From contig JAKAVL010000046.1 of the NCBI GenBank assembly GCA_021817305.1, forward strand, positions 1 to 36,363: a stretch of DNA of 36,363 nucleotides, read 5' to 3'. A program made the translations under genes and the position numbers. Within the stretch, counting starts at the first letter, position 1; each line of letters starts with the position of its first letter. Below the pieces are notes generated by a model. It did not search any database, was not told the origin of the DNA, and saw only the letters and a program-made list of their open reading frames with translations. The DNA is from Candidatus Micrarchaeota archaeon. GTDB taxonomy: Archaea; Micrarchaeota; Micrarchaeia; Micrarchaeales; CABMGC01. This document shows positions 1 through 9,579 of the stretch, one piece after another.

Positions 1-163
1 ACTCTTATAAGGGTTATCGGATCTTACGAAATTTCTTGCTGAAAGCCGTATGTAAATTCATTTCTTCAAAACATGCACTTTTGTGACTGTAAGCCAGAGA
101 AATATGCTCCCTAACTATGGCGAAGAACCCTTTTACTGTAATATAATACAGAGGCACTAAGTA

Positions 164-1384
164 TCAAAGATCCTCAGGATCAATTATCTCTAATGCCCTA
201 GACGACACCGATGTCTTATCAGGGACAAATAGCATCTTCCTTTTGGCATTTGTTGCGCCGAGAACCTGCTCTGCCCTAGTTATCTCGGCGCTGCTTATCT
301 TTTGCCCCCATTTTACCTCTATGGCAATCTCAGGCCTCTTGAACTTCATAAGCAGGCCGTCTATTTCATGGTCTTTGGACTCTGCAATGGCTTCCATGAG
401 ACCAAACTTATAGGCAAGATGCTCTCTGACGTTGTCTTCTACGAGCCTTGGCATCAATCCTGACACTATACGCAACGCCTCCGCGTCAGTCATCCTTCTC
501 TGCGATATCCCATACTTCTCATCTGCGTAGAAGAAGAGCCTCATCAGAGGGGAGGGTACTTTGTATACGAATCTGTTTTTGCCGTAGACTTCAATGCGCT
601 TAAGCAGACCTATATTCACCAGTGTAGCCAGATATGGCTGAAGCGTGCCGGGGCTGTCCTTTGGAATCAGGCCTTTGGAAAACAGTGAGCTTGATATCTC
701 TCCGGACACAACCTTGCCGTTGGCAACTGCCCTCACAATGCTCTCGTATATCTTTGACAATCCCCGCTCCTCCTCAAGAAATATCTCTCCCATGAGGGCT
801 GGGACGGCATTTACAGAACCCTTAAGTACTTCTGCACATCCCTCCTGGATATTCTTTTCTGAATCAAAATACGCCACATTTATGGGTTCCCTTAACATTA
901 TGGCTGTTTCCAGCAACTCTCTTTTGTCCAGTCTGCGATGCTGCAGTGAGGATATGCAATCATTCAGGTCTATTATGTAAATCTGCTTCTCGTGGAATAG
1001 GCCAAGCAGCGGCGATTTCTCGGAAAGCAGTTTCTTTGCCAAAAAGAGGGTAGACGTAAGCAGTATCAGCCTTCCAGACTTCTTCATGGCATGCAGATAA
1101 TCGAGGAATTTATAGTCAAGCCTGTGGAATTCGTCTATCACAACCGTCTTGCCGGATTCCAGCGCTCTTTTCATTATTTCTACAAGCGTTGCATAATCAA
1201 CCTGAACCTCCTTGCCATTGCCTGTTGATAGGATTGTCCTGTCCCTATTTACGAAGAAGTATTCATCGTAGTGTATGAACTCTTGTATCAGGAAGCTTTT
1301 ACCTGTCTTGCGACGCCCAAATACCAGTGTCCATTTCGCTACATTCTTGAGCTCCTTCTCTTCAAGAGGCCTATGTATAATCAT
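164..1384 (-). CDS. Archaeal AAA-type ATPase with C-terminal PD-(D/E)xK nuclease-like domain (ATPase_2/DUF234 type)
   Basis: Walker A GRRKTGKS, Walker B VVIDEFH, wHTH-like middle, C-terminal EIDGL...IAIEVKW. Start moved to MIIHRP (ATG at 1384) because the ORF-track extension overlaps the upstream gene. Confidence 0.85.
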   Translation of the reverse strand: MIIHRPLEEKELKNVAKWTLVFGRRKTGKSFLIQEFIHYDEYFFVNRDRTILSTGNGKEVQVDYATLVEIMKRALESGKTVVIDEFHRLDYKFLDYLHAMKKSGRLILLTSTLFLAKKLLSEKSPLLGLFHEKQIYIIDLNDCISSLQHRRLDKRELLETAIMLREPINVAYFDSEKNIQEGCAEVLKGSVNAVPALMGEIFLEEERGLSKIYESIVRAVANGKVVSGEISSSLFSKGLIPKDSPGTLQPYLATLVNIGLLKRIEVYGKNRFVYKVPSPLMRLFFYADEKYGISQRRMTDAEALRIVSGLMPRLVEDNVREHLAYKFGLMEAIAESKDHEIDGLLMKFKRPEIAIEVKWGQKISSAEITRAEQVLGATNAKRKMLFVPDKTSVSSRALEIIDPEDL

Positions 1385-1466
1385 GAATATTATAACTACA
1401 ATTATACTTAAATGCCTTTTGGTCGCTGAAGGCACTTCCAGGATTCTTGCTTGAAGGACTTGTACT

Positions 1467-4070
1467 CTACGGCGGGCTCCCGAAGCCGAGTGCCTGCCAC
1501 TCGTTCTCCACGCCGCCAGGTGAGCCAGGAGCGAGATAGTTTCCGGAAAAGTACGGGTAGAGGACGTTTGTCGGTATGCCGTTATTGCCGTAGCTGCCGG
1601 AGTCGTTTGCGTTGCCGTTGAGAGGCCACCATCCCACGACATTGCCCGCGAGTGATGCGATCGGGGCGCCACTTATTCCGGCATTGTAAAGGCTGCTAAC
1701 CTGCGGGCCTGTAAGAGCAACATTGTAAAGTTGCACGTCTGCCATAGTCCCATTGAAGAAGCCTGTAATCCATGACTTGCTGCCTATCTTCATGAACGTG
1801 GGAACCTGCGGAGTTACGGCAGACTGAGAGCTGTCCAGCTTTCCGTTCAGGTACATGTTTACATCGACCCCGTTGTACGCAACTGTGATGTATGTCCAAG
1901 TGTTCAATGGGACTGTTCCTGTGCTGACCTTGTCGTTGCTTGCTGATGGCCACCACCATAGCACGCCGGTTGATTTTATGCCGAGGACATATCCCGAGGA
2001 GCCACCGTTCTCGTTGCTCTCCAGCAGGGTGCCCCCGATGCCGCCGCCGAAGGATGATTGCATTATGTTAGCGGGGTGCACCCACGCGCTTATGGTGAGC
2101 GGAGACGTAGGCAAATGACTTGTTCCGGTGCTTATATTGCTGCTCTGGCCGTTGAACGAGCCTACTTGGGACAGGCTTCCCGGCTCGAACGGTAAATTAC
2201 TGAGAAAAAGGTTCGGCAGGGAGTTGCTGCTGCATGTTGACATGCTTGTGCAGGATTGTATCCCGGGCATCGGATATGTTTGGCCCGTGTAATTCTGCAT
2301 GAGGCTGTCGCGCAGGTAGTTGCCCGTAGATGATACATAGATCACGTTCGACGGCGTACCGGTGTTCCCCTGACCGCTGTAATCATTTGGATTGCCGTTC
2401 AGTGGCCACCAGCCGACCAGGCCGTTGTTAGGCATCGGAAGGCCCTCTATGCCGCGCGCGTACAGCTGCGCTACTTGATTGGCTGTGAGTGACGTGTTAT
2501 ATACCTGAATGCCGCTGATCTGGCCGTTGAACCAAAGATTGCAGGCTGTGCTGCCCGCTCCGGAGCATTGCGCACCTATCTGGTTGTCTTTGCCTGATGC
2601 AGAGAAGGTCGAGCTGGCAGGCCCAAGGACCTTTGCCCCGTCAACGTAGAGCGTAACATCAAGTCCGTTCCACGTTGCGATGACATTATGCCATGCGCCG
2701 TCGTCTATTACCTTGGATGAAGCGAGTGTGCCTCCGCTGTTCGCCCATATGGCCGCTACCCCGGTAGTCGCGCTGTCAAAGACTTGGTAACCGTATGTAC
2801 CGTCCCATGTGGAGAATATCATCCCATCTGGATGTGTGGTTCGTATCCACGCGCTTACTGTGGCTTTGCTGTTAGTTATCCCGTCCAGCAGGTTTGAATT
2901 CGGTATACTTTCAAGGCTGTTGGCTCCGTTGAAGCCTGCTGCCTGTCTATTATATCCCTGGAACGTTGACACGCCCGCGACAGACGCATTGAATGAGTCA
3001 TTTACCCTGGAAAGGTACGATGGAAGGAAGGGAGAGGCGATGTAGTAGCCGTTCGATATTGCCTGCCTCAGGTTCTCTATGTTGAGAGTAGAAAGCTGCG
3101 GGCCATAGAGCAGCACGCTCTGCCCTGAAACGAAGTAGTTTGAGAGTATTACGTTTTGTGAGTATACGAGGTATGGCACCGTGGGGCTTATCGAGGTAAT
3201 GCTGTTTGTTATGAAACCCATGAAGCTGTTCTCGCAACCGGATAATGAACCGATGTTCGGCATTACGAGGATTATGTTTGACTCGGTGCTCGCCGTGAGA
3301 GACGGGCAGGATGTACCGGAGGAGTAGTATACCGTGCCGTAAGCGTACGTGAGGGAGTTTCCGCTGCTTGCGAACGTTCCTGCCACTAGACTGGTAAGAT
3401 TGGAGGGATTCACAAAATGCATGTAGCGCAGTATGCCCTGCTGGTCGTAGAACAGATCAGGGGTGTTGTTTATCGGAACTGAGAAGCTGATAGGCAGCGA
3501 ATACAGCGACGCCAAACCCCCTGTGCTGATGTTTACGTTCTCGGTGTAGCTCACGTTTATGGAATAGGGGCTCTGCTGCGTTATCCTGAGGCCGTTCTCG
3601 GTTACGGATTGCAGGCCTGCGCCAGAGTAGTTGGATACGAGGAGAGCATTGTACGCCGTGAAGGTAAGGTTGTACATGGATCTTTTCAGGTAGTTTGCGG
3701 CTACGCTGCCTGCCGCCACGTTCGGGAGCATTGCGTTGGTCATTAGGTATTGCAGGTACTGTGCCGTGTTCTGTATCAGGTTGCCCTTTCTCAGCGATGC
3801 GTTGTATTCGTAATACGCAAGCGTCGCGAGCGCGCCTTTCAGGCTGGCGCTGCCGGATTGCGGCGCGTCCTGGCGCAGGGATGCGATAAGGCTGACTGAT
3901 GACTTGGACTGGAAGGTACTCTGCGCTATGTTGCTGTACTGGATGCCTATCACCACGAAGGAGAACAACTCGGCAAGTATCAGTATCAGCGCAAGAAGCA
4001 CGGTAAGGCTCATTAGCTGCGCTCTTGATGACCCTCCGGGTAGCCTTTTCAGAGCTGTATTCATTTCCAT
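1467..4070 (-). CDS. Pilin-like (class III signal peptide) surface protein with two LamG/concanavalin-like domains
   Basis: N-terminal RAQ followed by a hydrophobic helix (LMSLTVLLALILILAELF). Two FNG..S ... W..I..T.NG ... Y..G ... FNG.(I/M)...Q.YN..L modules. Ser/Asn/Thr-rich with many NxS/T sequons. Confidence 0.8.
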   Translation of the reverse strand: MEMNTALKRLPGGSSRAQLMSLTVLLALILILAELFSFVVIGIQYSNIAQSTFQSKSSVSLIASLRQDAPQSGSASLKGALATLAYYEYNASLRKGNLIQNTAQYLQYLMTNAMLPNVAAGSVAANYLKRSMYNLTFTAYNALLVSNYSGAGLQSVTENGLRITQQSPYSINVSYTENVNISTGGLASLYSLPISFSVPINNTPDLFYDQQGILRYMHFVNPSNLTSLVAGTFASSGNSLTYAYGTVYYSSGTSCPSLTASTESNIILVMPNIGSLSGCENSFMGFITNSITSISPTVPYLVYSQNVILSNYFVSGQSVLLYGPQLSTLNIENLRQAISNGYYIASPFLPSYLSRVNDSFNASVAGVSTFQGYNRQAAGFNGANSLESIPNSNLLDGITNSKATVSAWIRTTHPDGMIFSTWDGTYGYQVFDSATTGVAAIWANSGGTLASSKVIDDGAWHNVIATWNGLDVTLYVDGAKVLGPASSTFSASGKDNQIGAQCSGAGSTACNLWFNGQISGIQVYNTSLTANQVAQLYARGIEGLPMPNNGLVGWWPLNGNPNDYSGQGNTGTPSNVIYVSSTGNYLRDSLMQNYTGQTYPMPGIQSCTSMSTCSSNSLPNLFLSNLPFEPGSLSQVGSFNGQSSNISTGTSHLPTSPLTISAWVHPANIMQSSFGGGIGGTLLESNENGGSSGYVLGIKSTGVLWWWPSASNDKVSTGTVPLNTWTYITVAYNGVDVNMYLNGKLDSSQSAVTPQVPTFMKIGSKSWITGFFNGTMADVQLYNVALTGPQVSSLYNAGISGAPIASLAGNVVGWWPLNGNANDSGSYGNNGIPTNVLYPYFSGNYLAPGSPGGVENEWQALGFGSPP
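2139..2159. repeat. Exact 21-nt direct repeat (copy 1; copy 2 at 4799-4819) at LamG module start
   Basis: gctgctctggccgttgaacga is present at both positions and encodes SFNGQSS on the minus strand. Confidence 0.9.
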
Positions 4071-6202
4071 GAGTAAACACCTACCTTGTATAACTTTGGA
4101 ACGTTCGTGTACAGGGAGTTTGCGCCGTTGAATCCCGCATATTTATTGAATGGCACAAGAGTTGACGACACTGATATGCTTGACGCGCCGGAGTACCCTG
4201 CAGGCAGGTAATTGCCCTGGACATAGGTTACACCAAAGGGGTATCCAGTGTTGTTGTACCCCGAGTAGTCGTTCGCGTCGCCCTCGAGAGGCCACCAGCC
4301 CACTATGTTTGCGGAAGCTACAGGTGCGCCGGAGATGCCTTCGTCGTAGAGCTGCCGGACCTGGGTTGAATTGAGCGCTGTATTGTAAAATTGCACGTTT
4401 GTGATTAAACCATTCCATGGAAACTGGAGGACTAGGCTACCGGTTCCCCCGCCTATTACTGAAGGATTCGACGCAGGCAGTACAATATTTTGCGAGGGTA
4501 TGCTCATGGAATTTGAGTTGGAATTTAGATAAAGAATAAGGTTACCATTGGAGTAGGTGTATCCCAAGAAATGCCATTCGTCTGAAGATAATGCGAGCGA
4601 GGTAGTATAGGAAGTCACACCATTCCAGAAATCAAGATCAGAACCGCCAGTATACAGTCCCGCCATCTCGCTCGTACCTCCATTAGTTCCATAGCTGAAT
4701 ATGTCCATATGCGCGTTTGGAGTTGGAGTATAGGCCCACATAAAAACCGAGCTTGGATTATTGCCAAGGGGCAATCCTGTAGTTCCTGTACTTACATAGC
4801 TGCTCTGGCCGTTGAACGAAGAGACGTACAGGGAAGGCGCATATGAGCCGTTTATGAACAGGCCGGTGTTGCTCTTTGGATACGCCTTGTCTACCAAATA
4901 TGTTGCGCAGCTTCCCCTGCCTTCCAGGTATAGCTGAACTATGTTCTGCAGCAGCGATGAATACGGCTGCGAGGAGCATGGGCCATAGGCTATGAAGTTT
5001 CCGCCGGCTGCCACGTAAAGGTCGCCGTATGCTGCGGAGAACTGGCTTACTGCACCGTATGTGCTTGGAACCTGAGTGCTCCATTGTACTGCACCAGTAG
5101 TTGCATTCTGGTTTATGACGTAGTTGCCGGACCAGACGCTGTACACCGAGCTGTTGGTTAGTAGGGGGTACTGGAGCGGCGTGCCGTATGAGGATAGCGA
5201 TTTACCCCAGAGAAGGGCTCCGGAACCTGAGAACGCTGTCACTCCGCTTTCATTCTCATATACCGCCAGGCTCCTGTTCGCCGCGACTCCTGTGACTGTG
5301 CTGCCGTCGTTATCGCAGAACTTCTGTGTAAGGTTCAGATAGAAACTGCATGCAAAGACGGTATTGCCAACGTAGAGCATTCCACCGGAGGCGGCGATGT
5401 TGGTTGTTGCGAACGCGTAAGATGACGTGAGAACATTGCCTCCTGCCTGATCCAGAAGCACGACGTTGTTGGATGTGAGCCACACTAGCACAGAGCCATT
5501 CTCCTCAAGCACCTCGTTGATGTTGGTGCCGAGGTTGTTGTTGAGCATAAGGGTGCCGTTGTTTGCATTGGATACCATAAGGTTCGTGCTTCTTGCGCCG
5601 GTCGATAGTATCGAGTACAGCTCGCCCCCGTATGCAAGCGCCTGCGATGACGCCGTAGAGCTCGACCACATGCTTGTGCCGTTGCCCGCGTTGAGCGCTC
5701 CCGTGTTCGATGATGTGCCGTATATGAGCGCGCCGTTGTAGAGCGCGAGGCCGTATACGCTGCTTGCGAGCGTATTAGACCATGAAAGCGAGCCGTAGCT
5801 CGCGTTCAGCGCGTAGAGGGTGTTGCCTGCGCCGAAGTAGACGTTGCCGTAGCCCGCAACTATGGGAGTCGATATTGCGGCGCTTGCAGAAAAGACGTAC
5901 TGGATTGTCGGAAGTATCGGGCCATGGGCCTCGTACGCGGAGCGCGAAGGGCCGCCCATGAACTGCGTCCAGAACTCTGAGGATGAGTTGTACCCGTTCA
6001 GGATGGAGAGAGCAGCCTGATCCGTAGCGGAGAGCAGCGCAGGGGATTCTGATGAGAACACACTGAGTGCTTGGCTTATTGTGGACGAGCCTGCGGTGTA
6101 CGGCACCTGTATTGCGTAGTTGAAGTATGCGAGTATGGACACGGCGACTCCGACTATTACAAGAGCGAATATAGCGTCGGTAGTGAAGACCATGCCCTTC
6201 AA
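4061..6202 (-). CDS. Pilin-like surface protein with PQQ-type beta-propeller repeats and one LamG domain
   Basis: Probable TTG start after GGTG gives MKG-MVFTTDAIFALVIVG (class III-like). Repeats such as LYALNASYGSLSW, ALNAGNGTSMW and NATTGAVQW. LamG at ~4225-4820. Overlaps the next gene by 10 nt. Confidence 0.78.
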   Translation of the reverse strand: MKGMVFTTDAIFALVIVGVAVSILAYFNYAIQVPYTAGSSTISQALSVFSSESPALLSATDQAALSILNGYNSSSEFWTQFMGGPSRSAYEAHGPILPTIQYVFSASAAISTPIVAGYGNVYFGAGNTLYALNASYGSLSWSNTLASSVYGLALYNGALIYGTSSNTGALNAGNGTSMWSSSTASSQALAYGGELYSILSTGARSTNLMVSNANNGTLMLNNNLGTNINEVLEENGSVLVWLTSNNVVLLDQAGGNVLTSSYAFATTNIAASGGMLYVGNTVFACSFYLNLTQKFCDNDGSTVTGVAANRSLAVYENESGVTAFSGSGALLWGKSLSSYGTPLQYPLLTNSSVYSVWSGNYVINQNATTGAVQWSTQVPSTYGAVSQFSAAYGDLYVAAGGNFIAYGPCSSQPYSSLLQNIVQLYLEGRGSCATYLVDKAYPKSNTGLFINGSYAPSLYVSSFNGQSSYVSTGTTGLPLGNNPSSVFMWAYTPTPNAHMDIFSYGTNGGTSEMAGLYTGGSDLDFWNGVTSYTTSLALSSDEWHFLGYTYSNGNLILYLNSNSNSMSIPSQNIVLPASNPSVIGGGTGSLVLQFPWNGLITNVQFYNTALNSTQVRQLYDEGISGAPVASANIVGWWPLEGDANDYSGYNNTGYPFGVTYVQGNYLPAGYSGASSISVSSTLVPFNKYAGFNGANSLYTNVPKLYKVGVYSWK
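4799..4819. repeat. Exact 21-nt direct repeat (copy 2)
   Basis: Identical to 2139-2159. Confidence 0.9.
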
Positions 6203-6341
6203 GAGATGCACCGTTGTTAAGACGACGTTTATATCTTTATATATTACTGAGACGGCTTTGCAGCGTCTCGCGCGCATTTCTTATACGCGATGCGCAGGAA
6301 AATATGAAATAATTTAAATAACTAATGGCAACAAATCAAGC

Positions 6342-7952
6342 ATGCGAACGAAGTACATCGTGATCCTCGGCTCGGTGATGAGCGGCCTCGGGAAGGGCGT
6401 AGTCACATCGTCCATACTCAAGCTCCTCGACTTCTATGATTACAGGGCTCTCCCCATAAAATTCGACGGCTATCTGAACTACGACTGCGGAACCATGAAC
6501 CCCTACCGCCACGGAGAAGTCTTCGTCCTTGATGACAAGGGCGAGGTCGACATGGATTTCGGGCTGTACGAGCGCTTTCTCAACAGGAACATGACAAGCG
6601 CGCAGTCGATAACCGGGGGAAAGCTCTTCGGCTCGGTGATCGAGAAAGAGAGGCAGGGAGGCTATCTCGGCGTTGACGTGCAGATAATACCGCACCTCAC
6701 CGGCAGGGCGGTGGAGATGATAGAGACTGTTGGTAAGGAGAACAAGCTTGATGTCGTCGTAGTTGAGGTAGGGGGCACGGTAGGAGACCTGGAGAACAGC
6801 TACTTCATAGAGGCAGTGAGGCAGCTTGCGCTGAAGGAACCTACAGTCTTCGTGAATCTCACATATACGCCAACCATGGAGGTGGTCGGTGAGCAGAAGA
6901 CCAAACCAGCGCAGCTCGGATTCAAGAACCTGCTGCAGTCCGGAATCATGCCGAACTTCGTTGTATGCAGGAGCAGGGAGCACCTTCTGGACAAGACCAG
7001 GGAGAAGCTGGCGCTGTTCGCCAACCTCACTAGGGATCACGTGATCGACGATTCAGACCAGGAGAGCACGTACATGCTCCCATTGCACTTCATGGAGCAG
7101 GAATTCGACAAGAAGCTGCTCGAGCAGCTGGGCCTGCCCGGCAAGAGGAACAGGGAGAAGCTGGACAGCTGGAAGAAGAGGGTGCACAACATACTAAACC
7201 CGAAGTACAGCGTTGAGATAGGCATACTGGGCAAGTACACCGGACTGTCGGATTCGTATGCGAGCATAAAGGAGGCGCTCGTGCATGCCGGCGCTGAGCT
7301 CGGAGCGATGGCGAAGATGCGATGGATTGAATCGGAGAGCCTTGAGGGCGAGAATGCAGACATGAGCAAGCTTGACGGCATAGACGGGCTCATAGTCCCC
7401 GGCGGCTTCGGCAAGAGGGGCATAGAGGGCATGATAAACGGGATAAGGTACGCGCGCGAGACGCACATGCCATATCTTGGGATATGCCTTGGCATGCAGC
7501 TGATGACTGTAGAGTACGCAAGGAACGTATGCGGGCTCAAGGATGCCAATTCTTCGGAGTTCAATCCGCTTACAGAGCACAAGGTCATAAGCCTCATGGA
7601 GGAGCAGCGGGGAGTGAGAAAGAAGGGGGGCACCATGCGCCTCGGCCTGTGGGAGTGCAGGCTAGCAAAGGGAACTACTGCCTACTCGCTGTACAAAAAG
7701 GAGAACATAGGCGAGAGGCACAGGCACCGCTACGAGTTCAACAACAGGTACCGTGATCTGCTCCAGAAGAACGGCCTCGTGATAAGCGGCACGACTCCGG
7801 ACAACAAGCTCGTCGAGTTCGTGGAGTGGAAGGACAGCTTCGGCATTGCAACGCAATCGCATCCAGAGCTGAGGTCAAGGCTCGAGGCGCCCGCGCCTCT
7901 GTTCGTGGGATTGGTCAGGGCCGCGCTTGAAAGGAAATCGAGCGGAAAGTGA
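6342..7952 (+). CDS. pyrG: CTP synthase
   Basis: SGLGKG, GTMNPYRHGEVFV, KTKPAQ, GICLGMQ, RHRHRYE and QSHPE motifs. Confidence 0.98.
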   Translation: MRTKYIVILGSVMSGLGKGVVTSSILKLLDFYDYRALPIKFDGYLNYDCGTMNPYRHGEVFVLDDKGEVDMDFGLYERFLNRNMTSAQSITGGKLFGSVIEKERQGGYLGVDVQIIPHLTGRAVEMIETVGKENKLDVVVVEVGGTVGDLENSYFIEAVRQLALKEPTVFVNLTYTPTMEVVGEQKTKPAQLGFKNLLQSGIMPNFVVCRSREHLLDKTREKLALFANLTRDHVIDDSDQESTYMLPLHFMEQEFDKKLLEQLGLPGKRNREKLDSWKKRVHNILNPKYSVEIGILGKYTGLSDSYASIKEALVHAGAELGAMAKMRWIESESLEGENADMSKLDGIDGLIVPGGFGKRGIEGMINGIRYARETHMPYLGICLGMQLMTVEYARNVCGLKDANSSEFNPLTEHKVISLMEEQRGVRKKGGTMRLGLWECRLAKGTTAYSLYKKENIGERHRHRYEFNNRYRDLLQKNGLVISGTTPDNKLVEFVEWKDSFGIATQSHPELRSRLEAPAPLFVGLVRAALERKSSGK

Positions 7953-7977
7953 AAATACGCATCGGAGAGTGATCAGC

Positions 7978-9579
7978 TCAGCCGGCAAACCTGGACGCAT
8001 AGACTAGAAGCGCGTCAAGAACAGGGCCTATCACAGGAAGCCTTGCGCCGGCCATGCGCATTATTCCTATGTCTTTTTGCCCGATGGCGCGTGTCTTGGC
8101 TGCCAGCGCAGGGTACACTGCAAAGTAAAGTGCAGCGCCTATTATGAGAGCGATTATCGGCTGCAGCCCGGAGAGGGCCAATGCGCAGAGCATTAGGCCA
8201 GGAACGATATTCGACAGTATTATCAGAAGTATTTTGCGCGCTTCGAATCTCGCGCCGTGGCCGGAGATGTAGTTGAGGTATAACGCGCTCGGAAGCAGGT
8301 TTCCGATGTAGAATATGGCTATTATGGTACCTATGACCCCGAAGTACAATGTCATCGGGATCATGGACGCCAGGGTGACTATGCCGGTGAATACGGCGTA
8401 TTTCAGCACCTTCCGGGGCTTGCCCACGCCTATCATGTAGTTTGTGCCGTAGGTGAAGAATATGGATACGAAAAGGCTCAGGGTTATGAGCTGCATGTAC
8501 ACCGTTGCACCCAGATACGTGCTCGAAAAGAGGAGCAGTATTAAGTCATGGGAGAACACCGTTATGAACACGACGAGCGGCGTTGCGAACAACAGGCTCA
8601 GGTATATCGAGTAATGAAACAACTTACCGGCCTGCGTGCTCGGGTCCTTCATGCGCTGCGCCTCAGAGAACATGGGTATCATGGAGAGGGCTATGGAGCC
8701 AACAAGTATGTCAAGTGCGTTTAGGACCTTCTGTGAGATTCCGTAATCGCCTACTGTTGACGGAAGCACGAAGAATCCGAGGTACACTGTCGAAATGTTC
8801 GATAGGATTCCGGATATGAAGCCGGATATGGTAAGGTACTTGGAGAAGCCTATCGCTTCCCGGAACCTGCGCAGCATGCCATTTGCGGTGAACCTCAATG
8901 GATAAATGCGGTGCAGCAGATAGAACTCGACTGTCGATGCCAGGAGAAGGCCTGCCGAGAAGCCCGCAAGTGCACCCGTTATCCCGTAGCCCAGCAGCAC
9001 CAGAGTTATGCTTACTATAGCCTGGGCCGAGGAGTGGACCACCGCTGCCGTCGCTGCGCCTGAGCCGCTGCCGACGCTTATCAGCGCGTCGTTGAGAGTC
9101 GAGTAGACTATGCCAAGCAAAATGCTGAGGAACCCGACCATTAGCGCGAGGCCGTAAGACCCCGTATGCAGGAAATAGCTGGATATCACGTTGCCGAGGG
9201 CAAGCGCCACAAGGAGCAGTATGACGCCTATGCCAATGGACAAAAACAGTGCGTCGCCCAGCGCGGTTCCGGCGTCGTGCGCCCTCCTTTCCGGGCGTAT
9301 CCTCGGTATCTTCTCCTTGAGATAATTGCCGATGTTCGGATTGCCGAGAGCACCGATTATGCCAGCTGCGCTCATTATGAGTATGTATATGCCGTAGTCG
9401 TGCGGCTGCAGGAGCCTCGCGACTATTACGAACATGGCTGTGCTTATGACTATCCCTACGAACCTGCCTGACATCAGGAAAGATGCCGTCTTTGCAGTAC
9501 GAACGCCGAGCGCCTCCGTGGCGTTACCGGATGCGGGGCCTTTATCATTCCTGTGCACATGCCTAGGCATTTGAGCCAC
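7978..9579 (-). CDS. MOP-family (Wzx-like) oligosaccharide flippase
   Basis: ~14 hydrophobic segments, ARLLQPHDYGIY, VGDYGISQK. Confidence 0.85.
   Translation of the reverse strand: MAQMPRHVHRNDKGPASGNATEALGVRTAKTASFLMSGRFVGIVISTAMFVIVARLLQPHDYGIYILIMSAAGIIGALGNPNIGNYLKEKIPRIRPERRAHDAGTALGDALFLSIGIGVILLLVALALGNVISSYFLHTGSYGLALMVGFLSILLGIVYSTLNDALISVGSGSGAATAAVVHSSAQAIVSITLVLLGYGITGALAGFSAGLLLASTVEFYLLHRIYPLRFTANGMLRRFREAIGFSKYLTISGFISGILSNISTVYLGFFVLPSTVGDYGISQKVLNALDILVGSIALSMIPMFSEAQRMKDPSTQAGKLFHYSIYLSLLFATPLVVFITVFSHDLILLLFSSTYLGATVYMQLITLSLFVSIFFTYGTNYMIGVGKPRKVLKYAVFTGIVTLASMIPMTLYFGVIGTIIAIFYIGNLLPSALYLNYISGHGARFEARKILLIILSNIVPGLMLCALALSGLQPIIALIIGAALYFAVYPALAAKTRAIGQKDIGIMRMAGARLPVIGPVLDALLVYASRFAG

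Noticed and set aside
1-163. AT-rich left edge with a 13-codon ORF
   Set aside because: Insufficient context to call.
1385-1672. N-terminal extension of the 502-aa ORF
   Set aside because: Overlaps the LamG gene in another frame; the ATPase-like sequence starts at MIIHRP.
6336-7862. Long antisense/alternate-frame ORFs over pyrG (likewise over psmB, aCPSF1, pyk, nrdA, secY)
   Set aside because: Expected shadows of GC3-rich genes; no motifs.
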